Shown: positions 40,750 through 54,424 of the stretch, piece after piece
Numbering within the stretch: position 1 is the stretch's first letter
Layout of the letters: every line of letters starts with the position of its first letter
From: Flaccisagitta enflata
Lineage: Eukaryota
Direction of reading: 5' to 3'
DNA length: 64,000 nt
NCBI GenBank assembly: GCA_965153355.1
Contig: OZ231126.1
Span: 49,104,001 to 49,168,000 of the forward strand
The notes under the pieces: model-generated
Told to the model about the DNA's origin: nothing
Seen by the model: the letters and a program-made list of their open reading frames with translations, nothing else
Database searches by the model: none
Made by a program: the position numbers and the translations under genes

Positions 40750-41723
40750 GCAACAGCAACAACAACAATGTGGTTCGTCGTCCGGTCGTTTATGAGTCGG
40801 TTTCTAAGAGACGCGCATTACTTTTTTTACTCATTTGTTCACTTTAACACTACACCTTTAATAGGGAAGGGAAAGTCACAAAAATATGGATTATGGAAGT
40901 GGATTTACGGTTATTAACGCGTTCTCTCCTTCATCCCCCCCCCCCCCGTTTACTAACGACAGAGACAGGGACACTGAAACGGATAGACATGTTGTCAACA
41001 GAGACGTCATAAACGACATGACTCTGTATGTGAACGATGAGGGAGAGGTGATTACTGATCACTAAAGCCATAGTTTTCAGTTCTAGAGTTCGTGGAGAAA
41101 GTTGGGTAAGAGGAGGCTTTCCTTTTTTAATGGGTTTTAAGCGTGCGTGCTCTTAAAACGCGTAGAGGGGGCCGAGGAATATGAATTACTTTATTCAAGT
41201 CGCGTCGAGGTGGACATAAAAATCTTTCTTTTTTCAGTCTTGTCGTTATCGTCATCAGCGTCATCGCACTGATGATCTTTGAGCGGCATCGGCGTTACTA
41301 TAATCATCTCGCATTCTTGTATCGGTTGTATCGGGATAAAGAAGTGTTCTTTTTTCAGAAGTCGGTGTCGACGAAATAAAAAAAAACATGAAATGAAAAG
41401 ATATTTTGTAGCATCGGCGGTGCATCGGCGGTGCTCCGACGAAGATGTTAATATTGTCTTCCTCTTAATCAGTGGCAGCGTCGGCATCGGCACTAACGAC
41501 GGCAGCGGCGTCGAGATGGACACCGACATAAACGTTGGAGACGGCAGGGACGTCAGCTTCGGTAACGGCGTTGACATTGACGCCAAAATCGATGTCGGTA
41601 TCGGCACTGTTACGCTTTTGTAATGGTTAACTGGCGCACACGTTGACAGATAAGTCTCAGAAGGATTCGACGCTGATACAGGCTTTTCAGGGGAATGAAG
41701 TATCGCCGCCGATCATGATTATC

Positions 41724-41927
41724 TCAAGTGGCGTCTGCGGCGCTGTCGGCGTCATCCTCGATGGTCAACGAAGCCTCGATGGCGCGACGCAACATTTCGT
41801 CATCGTCCTGTTCGTAGTCGACGAACGTGTCGTACTCGAAGCGATGACGCAAGTTTAAATGCTGCAAAAAGTTGGAGCTCAACATCGAAGGATCGCCCCA
41901 AGGCATCGACGCGCAAATTGGACAAAC
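41724..41927 (-). CDS. RNF166: RNF166-like terminal exon (second zinc finger plus UIM)
   Basis: Acceptor gtcag|; [38 protein letters not shown]...[11 protein letters not shown]...stop, matching the RNF166/RNF114 family motif CPIC..MPWGDP....NF..HL..RH.F.YDTFVD followed by a UIM-like helix. Confidence 0.9.
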   Translation of the reverse strand, partial: VCPICASMPWGDPSMLSSNFLQHLNLRHRFEYDTFVDYEQDDDEMLRRAIEASLTIEDDADSAADAT

Positions 41928-42000
41928 CTGACAGAATTCGTTAGGAAGAGGTTAGGAGTATTAAGACGTCAATTCATTAGAATCAGTAGAGTTTTGAAGA

Positions 42001-42565
42001 TACAGTATGATTGTTTTCGTTTGCAACATTTCATGACGATGTAACTCAAAAAGTTATTAAGATAATTGAATTCTGAAAAAAAATTCCTGAAAGATAAGAT
42101 TATATTTTATGTTTAACTCTTAGATTTTTTTGAAAAAATTGAAACCCTCTGAGATATGAAAAAGTATAAAGCAAAATTTCATTGAAAATCCAAATTATTG
42201 CATTATCTTTAATTGTTTTTTTTTCTGAAGAAATATTTCTTTCTTTTTATTTTCTAAATCTACATCAAATTATATTTCATTTTAGACCAATCTGGCATCT
42301 GTCGCTCAGACTGTTTGGAAATGAGAGCAATTTAAAGAAAAACTATCCAAATATTTCATGATGAAATTGCTTAATACTCAGGGTTTGTTTAAAAGTTCCT
42401 CAAGCGTAAGGAAGGTTAAATTTCTATAAAAAAAGTTGTTGGGAGTTACATGTTATGAAATGTGATTACATTATCTTCCTGAAACTTTTTTTTAGAATTT
42501 AACTTTTTTGTAAACTTTTTGAATTGCTTCATCATGAAATGTTGCAAACGAAAACCATCCTACTG
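42001..42565. mobile_element. Tc1/mariner-type MITE in the last RNF166 intron (arm-B copy about 54791-55585)
   Basis: tacagtatgattgttttcgtttgcaacatttcatga ... tcatgaaatgttgcaaacgaaaaccatcctactg. Confidence 0.75.
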
Positions 42566-42944
42566 TTTTTATCAAGTCTGTGATGAGAAATGATGAGAAA
42601 TTGACGATGAGAATGACAGATGGAACCCCGCCTCCATGACAGCGCCTCAAACGGTGCCCCGCCCTCAAAGGGCAAGATATTATTCCGGCTTTTGTAATGT
42701 TGAAATACCCCTAACAAATTGCTTTAGCAGCGACTCAACTTTTAAGGTAAAATTTTCGGGCTATTCAAGAAAAAACCCTTGTGCTAAAGCCTATAGGTGA
42801 ACAATTTCATCTGATGACGGAAATAAAGTCACGGAATGATAAAATGAGAAGCATTAATGAAATTTTTCTAAAATCAATTCATTCAGTCTGTATAATCCTA
42901 CCATTTTATCTTTTCTTTATTTAAGCGCTGTAGCATTCTTTGTA

Positions 42945-43106
<162 letters not shown>

Positions 43107-43353
43107 CACTTGAGTAGTACTGTCCTGATGTTTTTCGTTACAATGCTTGACGAGATTCGTTGAGTCCAGATTTTTCAGTCCGCAAAAAGGGCATTTGAAC
43201 GTGGATCTGTTTTCCGCAGCTTTGGCCGCAGCTGCAGCCGCAGCCGCAGCCGCAGCAGCCTTGGAGGATGAAGTGTCCGCTGGGTCGACGACGGGTTCGA
43301 ACTTGTGCGTCTGAGCAGATTCCATCAGTTTGGAACAGCCCTGGTTGTGAGAT
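43107..43353 (-). CDS. RNF166: RNF166-like exon 3 (end of C2HC, poly-Ala linker, first C2H2/Di19-type finger)
   Basis: Acceptor ttcag| at 43354; SHNQGCSK...NRSTFKCPFCGLKNLDSTNLVKHCNEKH...QV; phase-0 donor GTATGG at 43106 matches the next exon. Confidence 0.85.
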
Positions 43354-43848
43354 CTGAATTTTTGCGAGGCGCCGGACGAGGAGGAGGAGGAGGAGGAGGA
43401 AGAGGAGGAAAAGGAAAGGGGAGAGATGGGCAACCCAACGCATTAAATTCAAATGATTAACAGATGGAAGACAGAGGATAGTATAAGGGATGAAACTAGG
43501 CAGGATAAACGGGTCCCTTAGATGCGTGCGGGTGGACAGGGGCACAGATTCAATAGGTCAACGAAACATTTTAACGAGAAATGCTAGACCCCCCACCCGA
43601 CGCCCAATATGGCCAGGCAGGAAATACGGATACCCAAGTTAAGCACACGTTACGTTGGCTACCCATGCATTTGCGCAGGAGCAGTCATGCGGAAACCACC
43701 CATGAAAGTCAGTAAAAGCTGAGTTAGAACTACTAACGGACCGACAGACATAGAAGCATTAAAAAGTCGAGGGCATGAGGAAAAAATGAGAAAAAATGAA
43801 AGAAGAAAGAAACCAAAAAAACAAAAGAAACAAAACAGAAAAAAAAGA

Positions 43849-44120
<272 letters not shown>

Positions 44121-44441
44121 AAGGATAAAGTGTCTGTTAAGTAATTCTTGCGACTTGGCACTTATTAGAATTCCTTGTTGCGGAATTGAAAAAAGAGAAA
44201 TTGGCTGTAAATATCAGCCTGCCACCTGCGCTTAACATCAATCGAGTGACGTTAAATTCGGATGCAAAACGTCACTAACAGCCGTTGTTAAGAACCTCTC
44301 GTTCAAGTCTTTAGTTTTATTACTTTCTTTTAACGTGTTCGTCCGTCTGTTGCACTGTTGGTCGTTTTTGTCCGTCGCCCGGTCGAATGGTCTTGCAAAC
44401 GTTAAAATCACAAAATCCGAGAATCTTTCATCCAAAATGCA

Positions 44442-46973
44442 GTACAGTGGACTACTGCCTTATCGACACCTGATTTAACAGCATTTCATATGTAGCAACC
44501 AGGTGACCTTGGTCCCAAATTTTTTCTGATTTAACAACATTTGATTTAACAGCCAAACCTGATTTAAAGGCGCTGTTTCTTGGTCCCATTTAGAAATTAT
44601 CCAAAATTCAAAGGCATTGATACAAGATTAAATCAAATTTACTATAATTTTTTTTTCATCTATTTATTCTTGGCTCATCATGAAACAAGGCCAACACCTG
44701 TAAGTCGCGTGCAGGACAAAAATAACTGAACTGAAAATCAGACTTAAACGCAACCCAAAACAGACCCGAACCAGACTCAAACCAGACTCAAACCAGACTC
44801 AAACCAGACTCAAACCAGACTCAAACCAGACTCAAACCAGACTCAAACCAGACTCAAACCAGACTCAAACCAGAATTAAACCAGACCGAAACCAGACCCA
44901 ATTCAGACATAAACCAGACATAAACCAGACATAAACCAGATTTAAGCCAGACTCAAACCAGACTCAAACCAGACTCAAACCAGACTCAAACCAGACTCAA
45001 ACCAGACTCAAACCAGACTCAAACCAGACTCAAACCAGACTCAAACCAGACTTAAAGCAGACCAAAACCAGGCTCAAACCAGGCTCAAACCAGGCTCAAA
45101 CCAGGCTCAAACCAGAATCAAACCAGACTCAAACCAGACTCAAACCAGACTCCAACCAGAATTAAACCAGACCAAAACCAGACCAAAACCAGACCTAAAT
45201 CAAACATAAACCAGACAAAAACCAGACATAGAACAGACCTAAACCAGACCTAGCCCACACCTAAACCAGACATGAATCAGACATGAACCAGTCTTAAACC
45301 AGACTTAAACCAGATCTAAACCAGACTTAAACCAGACTTAATCCAGACTTTAACCAGACTTAAACCATACTTAAACCAGACTTAAACCAGACCTAAACCA
45401 TACTTAACTTTAATATCATTTTAACCAGCAGACTTAAACCAGCAGACTTAAACCATTAGACCAGCAGACTTAAACCATTAGATTTGAACCAGCAGACTTA
45501 AACTAGCAGAGCTTATACCAGTGAGCCAACCAGCAGACTTTAATCAGGCAGACTTGTAATCCCATTACATTTAAACGCAGCAGACTTAACTACAGATTAA
45601 ACCAAAGGATTTAAAACTACAGACTTTAACTAATGACTTTACTCCAGCAGACTTTAATTGGTAGATTTAAACTATGACTTTAACCAGCAGACTTAACCAG
45701 CAGACTTTAACTACAGACTTTAACCATAGACTTCAACCAAAATACCTCAATGACAAAAATGACCAAAATGATAAAAATGACAAAAATGACCAAACGACCA
45801 AAAGACCAAGCGACCAAACAACTAAAAGACCAAATGACCAAATGACCAAATGACCAAATGACCAAAGGACTAATCGCCCGAAAGACCAAACGACCAACGT
45901 TCTTAAGAACGCTTATAATCGTCAGTGCTAGCCTTTAAGTGAAAGGCCACTAATGCGTCTATAAAATGACCAAAATGATCAAATGCCCAAAAATGACCAA
46001 ATGACTCAAAATTAAGACCAAAAACTAAAAATGACTAAAATGACCAAAATGACCAAATATCAATATGATCAAAATGACTCAAAAATGACTAAAGCAAACT
46101 AATAATTCACCAAAAACAATAAAAAATGACTCAAAATAACTCCAGACGACCCAAAAGGCGCAAAAAAGCAAAGTGTTACCGACCAACCGACGGACGGACC
46201 GACCGACAGATGGAGCGGGTTGTAGAGTCGCGTGCACGCGACTAAAAAGAGTCGCCAGTTCTGAAAAACAATGTAAACAGAAGTAGCTAAAAGTGGTACC
46301 TAGTTGCGCATTTTGTTTCTTAACGCACATCAATTCCAAAGATACCTTTGGCTCAGGAAAAGTTCAAATATTTGCGCGAACTTTCATTGAAACATGTCTT
46401 AAGTTTGTTTCTTAAGTTTGTTTCTTATCGCACATTAATTCCAAAGATACCATTTACTCAGGAAAAGTTCAAATATTTGCGCAGCTTTCATTGAAACAAG
46501 TTTCTGTTTCAAAATAGAAACTTAAAACAGAAAAACACTAAATTTTGGGACCTCAAAAGTTGAAGAGGCATACAAAAGCATGAAATAACAATGATGAAAA
46601 AGATATGAAGTTGGATAAAGATAAACATCTGTGTAGAGAGATTTGAATCAAGATCAATTTTTCTTTTATTATTTAGTACTCTTTACCTTGCCTAATAGTT
46701 TTAGCATTCTATATATGACAATGATTCTTTGATATGTTTAATCAGGCTTTTCAAAAGCTATGTTTGTCAATCTGTCACTCAGTTTACCAGATGCACAAAC
46801 GCTATTTATGCTCAACCCTTGCAAGTTATTGCATATGTTTGCATATTTAACTTTGTTACGATCTTTTTTGTCTAAAAAAAAAACAAACATTTGTAATTCG
46901 ATTTAACAACATTCAGATTTAACAACCAAAATCACCCAGTCCCTTCAAGACCGTTATATCGGATTTCCACTAT
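44442..46973. mobile_element. Tigger/pogo-like MITE interrupted by a Helentron-like element
   Basis: tacagtgga... and ...ttccactata ends with repeated gatttaacaac subterminal motifs. Confidence 0.5.
44685..46247 (-). mobile_element. Helentron-like element with a 1.4-kb composite central tandem array
   Basis: acaaggcc...gtcgcgtgc start; 11-bp (AAACCAGACTC)n, about 14-bp (TTAAACCAGCAGAC)n and 8-9-bp (GACCAAAAT)n blocks; ends gaccgacc...agtcgcgtgcacgcgactaaaaa. Confidence 0.75.
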
Positions 46974-48689
46974 ATTTACATAATCTTTCATTCACGCCTT
47001 CATTCTTTCTATAGTTTGTTCCATCATTTATTCATTCGTTCGTAAATAGCAATGTTGACTTTCATTAAAAAAAAAAACAATCATCATCGTCTACTTGCGC
47101 TTGGTCTTCTCACTTAAGGCAGATCTCCTATAAACTGAGCCGGCCAAAATCAAGCGCCTGAATGTGCTACCCCAGTCGCGTGCGGGTGGGCAGGGGCTGT
47201 TTTTGAGGTCACTAGATCATTTGGGCAAAAACCATGAAAAAATAAAGTGTGACGAATGGACGGACAAGAAGCGGGAGGAGAGAGCAGCGCCCTGGGGCGT
47301 CATAGTTCCTGTAGAACACAGGGGAATTTCGAGATGTCCGTCCACGCCCAGGGCCTTCGATGGCTGACGGCGGCACCGGCTGCATACATCTGATAGATTG
47401 GAGAGGCACTCAGCTTTAGAGCAGATTTGAGGTTTGGCGGGTTGGTTGGTTGGAGGGCTAATTGAAGGTCTGGAGGGCAGATTTGAGGTCTGGGAGGCAG
47501 ATTTAGGGCATGGGAGGGGGCTGATTTGAAGCCAAGAGGGTTGATTTTAGGCCTGGAGGGCTAAATTGAGTTCTGGGAGGGCTAATTTGAGGCCTTGATG
47601 GTCAACGGGGGGGGGACGGAAGGACGGAAGGACGGAAGGACGGACGTCTCGAAATTCCCCCTGTAAATCGGCCCTTTGGGGCCGCTGCTCAAAAAGGCCA
47701 AATACACGGCTACCCCAGTCGCGTGCGGGTGGGCAGGGGCTGTTTTTGAGGTCACTAGATCATTTGGGCAAAAACCATGAAAAAATAAAGTGTGACGAAT
47801 GGACGGACGGACCAACGGACCGACGGGCCGACAAAGCAGGGTGTAGAGTCGCAAAGCACGCGACTAAAAATAACATAATTCAATGATGGTTGCATCTATC
47901 AGCTTGAGATTTTACTTCCAGGCCCAGAATTTTATACTCTTTCAGGTCATACTGAAAAAAATCACTTAAAATCTTAAACTGTGTTCAATTATATAAATTT
48001 TTGTAAAAAAGAGTGTGAAATAGTGTGACAAGGTTAAATCAAATTTTATTTTCATATAAAAATATGCGTTATGACATATCAAACTTCTCAAAATTTCATC
48101 AGGATTGTGAATCTTCAGGTCTCATTCTATTTGGTGGAAGTTGGATTTTTGCCAACTTTGTAACATAACAGTCGGCTGTAATTTCAACAACCAGTTGATG
48201 TTTACAGCATACTGTTCATCATCAGTGGGTTGGATCAAAGCCAACAGAGTGAGTTCTCTACCTATTGTGTTTTGTCCACTGACTGTCTAAGAACAGCTTT
48301 CATCATTAACAGAAATAATTGGCAGGAGGAATCTGTTTTTGGGCGCGTGCTACGCGACTCTACACCTCACTTTGTTGGTCCATCGGTCCGTGTTTGTCGG
48401 TCTGTCGGTCGATCGGTCTGTCCATCCGTCCGTCACACTTTACTTCTTTGGGGTTTTTGTAGTTTTTGGCCTCATTGCTCCTGTCCAAATTATCTAGTAA
48501 CCTCAATTATGGCCCCTGCCTACCCGCATACAGCTGGGGTAGCTGTGTATCCGGCCTTGTTTTTTGCCTACCAAATCATGTTTTTTCAGCTGGCCCACTT
48601 TATAGGAGAAATTGCCTAAAAGTCCTCACGAGAGGGACAAAATGATGAGCGCTAACTTTACCGATACGACACATAGACATTCTCAATAA

Positions 48690-48975
48690 CTGCAATAACC
48701 ACAATAACCACAACAACCACAACAACCACAACAACCACAACAACCACAACAACCACAACAACCACAACAACCAAAACAACCACAACAACCACAACAACCA
48801 AAACAACCACAACAACCACAACAACCAAAACAACCACAACAACCACAGAAACAACCAAAAAAACAACAACAACAGAAACAATAACAACAACAATAATAAC
48901 AACAAACACAACAAACATAACAAAACAATAACAAATAAACAATAACAATAACAACAATAACAACCACAATAACCA
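48690..48975. repeat. (ACAACAACC)n / (CAA)n-type microsatellite
   Basis: Directly visible. Confidence 0.95.
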
Positions 48976-48994
48976 TGACTACGTGGCAATATAC

Positions 48995-49155
48995 CCAATT
49001 TGCTGATAGTTTGTCATCCTCGCACCTTCCTTGTGACTGTGAATCGCGGGAATCGATGGCTGAGTGATCTTCTTCGCCGACTGCTGACTCGGCAAAGATG
49101 GGTAAATTGTTTGGCCGCAGTCATACGAAGAGCGCTCACGCGAACCGGTGCAAAC
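48995..49155 (-). CDS. RNF166: RNF166-like exon 2 (second half of RING and start of C2HC finger); frameshifted as written
   Basis: Acceptor ttcag| at 49156, donor GTATAT at 48994. Fragments in shifting frames (FC-TG, VSALRMTAAKQFT, LCRVSSR, KKIT, GRCE) fit FCxxC...CPLCR...CxxC only if several small deletions are assumed. Confidence 0.55.
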
Positions 49156-49503
49156 CTGAACAATTAATGCAATATTTGAACTTGCACAGGCCAATACATG
49201 ACCAAGAAGCAGTTACGGCGGTGGGCAGAATGAGGTTATGGCAGGAACCCCATTAAGGCGGGAAGGGAGGCTGTGTTAAGCAATGCAAGTGCACTTATGT
49301 TAATGGGCAACATGGCCAGCGTGCTCAGAGACTTCATTATCAAGGAAAAAGCAGCAACATAACGTTGTTCTACCAATATTTACGGGTACTTTAAATACAA
49401 ATCTACCAACTAAGGACCTCACCTAGACTACGATACACTCTCTTTTAGTATATTATGTAGTCGTTGGTAATCGAGAAAAAAAACACGAAAGGAAGAGAGA
49501 ATA

Positions 49504-50261
49504 TACCCTGTCTTCTGGGGAATCAACTGCAACCAACAAAATAGATGTATTGCGCAGGTAAACCATTTACACTGTCATTTGATTTTATTCATCTAGCAAA
49601 CATCTAAGTGGTTTTTTCTGCATGTAATTCTTAGCACCTGTTTAAATAGTTTAGCTTCAGGCTGTGCTTCAAGTGAAACCCTTCATTCAGTTGACAGCTA
49701 TTTCTAGACTGGCATAGATATTCCTCACTTTAACCAGAGTAGTAATTTCAAACTATTGAACTAGAATCTGATTGACCAAATTAAGATTTTTATAAAGATC
49801 ATGCTATTTATAAATACAGTGGAAAAGAACAAAATTAATAGAAAAGTTATTATTTTTCCAGTAATTTTTGATAGTTTGTTAACTTTTCTGTTAGTAAAAC
49901 TCTTTTTTATTAGAATTTCAAATTATATATAATTTCATTAAAAACAAATTTAGCCAAAAGAACTCCCCCCCATTGGGATCACTAAGATTAAATATTTTTG
50001 TATCAATATTTGCTTCATTCTTACAAGATCAAATATATTGTTAACTTTATCCTGAGGCCAAAAACTCAATAATATTTTGATGAATTTTGCATTTTCAAAG
50101 GATGATAGAAGCAAACCATTTATCTGAAGTGCTGAAATTTTACAAATAACTGAGAAGAGGCCAATGTAGATAGAAGAAACTCCAATTTCCTGAACAGATG
50201 TATGAATAGTTTTTGCGCAATACATCTTTTGTTGGTTGCAGTTGATTTTGAAGACAGGGTA
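49504..50261. mobile_element. TA-flanked MITE in RNF166 intron 1 (related end at about 31744-31810)
   Basis: taccctgtcttc...aatcaactgcaaccaacaaaa versus ttttgttggttgcagttgatt...gaagacagggta. Confidence 0.7.
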
Positions 50262-50437
50262 AATCGAAATTGAAGCGATAATTTTGAACAAAGACCCTAC
50301 CATGCGAGCGTGCCAACCACTTAGAACACCTAGTTCTATGAAATCTATGGGAAATGTACGACTGATGGATCAAATATGAAGAGCCACGACAATTTTCTAA
50401 CTAGATCTTGACGTAAAATTGTGTCATAGATACTGAC

Positions 50438-50574
50438 GTGTGTCCGCAAGCGATGGATGTCGGTTTTTCGAAAATTTCTAGGCAGACTGGACAAGTGACG
50501 GGATCGAGATCTTCGAGCATCGACGCCGACCGCAGCGGCGACATTGTCTTTAGATGAGAAAAAGCACTCGCCAT
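50438..50574 (-). CDS. RNF166: RNF166-like E3 ubiquitin ligase, exon 1 (start of C3HC4 RING)
   Basis: ATG in CCAAAG-ATG-G context; MASAF...LDPVTCPVCLEIFEKPTSIACGHT is the first half of a C3HC4 RING; donor AC|GTCAGT at 50437. Confidence 0.75.
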
Positions 50575-51468
50575 CTTTGGGCTGATTCTCAGGTGGGGCC
50601 GGGTGAGGGGTTTCCAAATGTTTATCAATTCAGCTTACTGAAGAAATTCTACAAAAACAAAGAATATTTTATATTTTCCCTGTTTTACGCGTATGAATCT
50701 TCAGTGAGACCAGTTCAATTTTAAAGTAAAACTTCGTATTGTTCTGCAGCATTCATGTTTGCGGAGATACATTGTCCCATGATTTGTCTGCAAGAATAAG
50801 AATAAGTAACGCGGGTTTACAATAACTGACTCGATAAAACATAGAGAGAACAGTAACTTTGACGTGTTTTTAGTCGCGGACACGCGACTCTACACCTTGC
50901 CATTTCAGATGTGGATATCAGATATCCGTCGGTCCGCCACATCTCTTGAATCTGCCGATTTTACGCTGCTCCGCGCCTGAAACGCCCATGATCACGCTGC
51001 CGCATCCGGCCTTGTTTTCGAGGTGAAATTTTGACAAATCTCTTATGATCGGAATATAGAATCAATACTATAATATAACTATGGCAACAATAAAAAATGG
51101 CTGCCATGTTCACACTCTGGTTCTGTGAGTTCAATTTTGGGAACTAACTTCAAAATTTTAGATGGTATAATATTTTAATTCCTGATCAGCAAACAGAATT
51201 CAAAAAGATTTTGTGTCCGCATTAATTTTTGCAACAGTATTTAATACAAACTGATCAATAACTTATAAACTTTACAACTTTAAGAAAGGACTTTTTTTTT
51301 TCATCATTGCTTTTGAATCTTTTAAAGATAAAGAAAGTATTAATGATATTTCACCAGTAAAAAATCCTGGAACTTCAAAAAGTACTTAGTCACAAGAATA
51401 TTTATGAAACATGAGCAAAATCATTTTGATAAAATTTAGTAATATTAACCAACTGGGAAAAGTATACC

Positions 51469-51478
51469 NNNNNNNNNN
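51469..51478. other. Scaffold gap (10 N)
   Basis: Run of n characters. Confidence 1.
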
Positions 51479-52134
51479 AGTTAACATTCAAATTGTGTCC
51501 TACTAAAGTTTTGTCCACAAATCATTGACAAAATGGGTTTATTACGTATAAACAGGTGAGAGGAAAATAATGGCAGATACATTCATAAGTGGACTCCAAA
51601 ATGAATAAATACAAATGCGGTAAGGTAGATTTGTACGCAGTAAAATAAAAAGTCAACAAATTTACTCCACAGGTGCAATATCCAACTTCAATTCCTCCCT
51701 AAAAAAGGTTCCTGCGTGCGTAGAAAGATGCGCATGGGCTCTTTCAGCCACGTTTTTGCAAAGGAACATTGTGAAGGGGGCGCAAGAGCATGATTTGGCG
51801 TATTACCGGGATGTAACCGGCGTAATACACAAGCATGCACAACCCAAATAAATTCAAAACCGGGGTCACAATATTGTTGCAGACAGGTGGTCAGGGCCAT
51901 CAACTCCAATCCATACCCCAACTACCTACCCCCACACACGAACATCCACAAAAGTATCCAAATCACTTGTCTTTCCACATTTTGACTTGATCATTACCAA
52001 TGGACCGACGGAGCCTCAACTTCAAATGACAAAAACAATGACAGCTTTAACTGATACCAACGAACAGAAGGACCGACACCTTGCGGCGTACAGTTGCGCG
52101 TCCCCAACTGAAAAGGGACTGCAAAAAATCACCC

Positions 52135-53312
52135 TGTCCAAATTTGGATAACTTGTCAAAATTTAGATAACTTGTCCAAATTTGGATAACTTGTCCAAAT
52201 TTGGATAAGTTGTCCAAATTTGGATAAGTTGTCCAAATTTGCATGATGTGTCCAAATTTGGATAAGTTGTCCAAATTTGCATGATGTGTCCAAATTTGGA
52301 TAACTGGTCCAAATTTGGATAACTGGTCCAAATTTGGATAACTTGTCCAAATTTGGATAACTTGTCCAAATTTGGATAACTTGTCCAAATTTGGATAACT
52401 TGTCCAAATTTGGATAACTTGTCCAAATTTGGATAACTTGTCCAAATTTGGATAACTTGTCCAAATTTGGATAACTTGTCCAAATTTGGATAACTTGTCC
52501 AAATTTGGATAACTCGTCCAAATTTGGATAACTCGTCCAAATTTGGATAACTCGTCAAAATTTGGATAACTCGTCCAAATTTGGATAACTCGTCCAAATT
52601 CTGGATAACTTTCAAAGTGATAACTTGACTATTTGGTGCAACTGTCCAATCATTTGGATAACTTGTCCAAATTTGGATAACTTGTCCAAATTTGGATAAC
52701 TGTCCAAATTTGGATAACTTGTCCAAATTTGATAACTTGTCCAAATTTGGATAACTTGTCCAAATTTGGATAACTTGTCCAAATTTGGATAACTTGTCCA
52801 AATTTGGATAACTTGTCCAAATTTGGATAACTTGTCCAAATTTGGATAACTTGTCCAAATTTGGATAACTTGTCCAAATTTGGATAACTTGTCCAAATTT
52901 GGATAACTTGTCCAAATTTGGATAACTTGTCCAAATTTGGATAACTTGTCCAAATTTGGATAACTCGTCCAAATTTGGATAACTCGTCCAAATTTGGATA
53001 ACTTGTCCAAATTTGGATAACTCGTCCAAATTTGGATAACTCGTCAAAATTTGGATAACTTGTCAAAATTTGGATAACTTGTCAAAATTTGGATAACTTG
53101 TCAAAATTTGGATAACTTGTCAAAATTTGGATAACTTGTCAAAATTTGGATAACTTGTCAAAATTTGGATAACTTGTCAAAATTTGGATAACTTGTCAAA
53201 ATTTGGATACCTTGTCAAAATTTGGATAACTTGTCAAAATTTGGATAACTTGTCAAAATTTGGATAACTTGTCAAAATTTGGATAACTTGTCAAAATTTG
53301 GATGATTTTCCC
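52135..53312. repeat. 19-bp minisatellite TTGTCCAAATTTGGATAAC
   Basis: More than 50 head-to-tail units with a short interruption at about 52610-52652. Confidence 0.97.
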
Positions 53313-53759
53313 AAATTTACGTTCCTGTTTCAATTTTAGATAACTAGTACAAATCTGTCAAGATGTTATCCTTTGCAATCTCAATCCATGTCTTTTGCTA
53401 TTTGTAGTGTTTTTAAGTGGATAATGATTCAAGGCTAAGGATTGGGTTGGGGACAGGATTACGGCTCATGGTTTCATTCTATATTTTTAGCTTGAATGTC
53501 TGAATAAGCTACGCCCAGCGGGAATATTGCCTAAAAAAAGCGTACACAGGATTGACTGTTAAGATAGCCATCAAAATTTGGATAACCTGTAAAATTTGGA
53601 TATATAGTCCAATTTCGAATGGAGTTCCTTCAATAAGTTCCTTCAATAATTTCATTCATTAATGCCCTTCTTAAAACTCTGCAAACAGGTTTGAGCAAAA
53701 CATTGGGCCAATATTTGCCATCAATAATGATCAAGAACTTCCAGCATGGAGCTCCACCG

Positions 53760-54207
53760 ATAAGTTCCTTCAATAGTTCCTTCAATGGTTCCTCCAATAG
53801 TTCCTTCAATGGTTCCTTCAATGGTTCCTCCAATAGTTCCTCCAATACTTCCTCCAATACTTCCTTCAATACTTCCTTCAATACTTCCTTCAATACTTCC
53901 TTCAATACTTCCTTCAATACTTCCTTCAATACTTCCTTCAATACTTCCTTCAATACTTCCTTCAATACTTCCTTCAATACTTCCTTCAATACTTCCTTCA
54001 ATACTTCCTTCAATACTTCCTTCAATACTTCCTTCAATACTTCCTTCAATACTTCCCTCAATACTTCCCTCAATACTTCCCTCAATAGTTCCCTCAATAG
54101 TTCCCTCAATAGTTCCCTCAATAGTTCCCTCAATAGTTCCTTCAATAGTTCCTTCAATAGTTCCTTCAATAGTTCCTTCAATAGTTCCCTCAATAGTTCC
54201 CTCAATA
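53760..54207. repeat. 12-bp minisatellite TTCC(T/C)TCAATA(C/G)
   Basis: About 37 units in variant blocks. Confidence 0.97.
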
Positions 54208-54322
54208 AATTGCAAAATCCCCCTTTAAAACCCCTGCCAGAAAGCCCCAACCTTTCCCCGGATAAATTTATGATTGAAGGAACTGGAAAAAAATCGCCGA
54301 TGAGATACTTCCATCTCTTCTT

Positions 54323-54424
<102 letters not shown>

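Noticed and set aside
41191..41623. Pro/Thr/Ser-rich ORF downstream of RNF166 and its antisense Gly/Asp/Val ORF
   Set aside because: Degenerate CCGA(C/T)G repeat in the probable 3' UTR; the reading frame differs between arms A and B.
52135..53312. CRISPR-like palindromic repeat array, or repeat-protein ORFs
   Set aside because: Units are head-to-tail with no unique spacers, there are no cas genes and the context is eukaryotic; the ORFs follow from a stop-free 19-bp unit.
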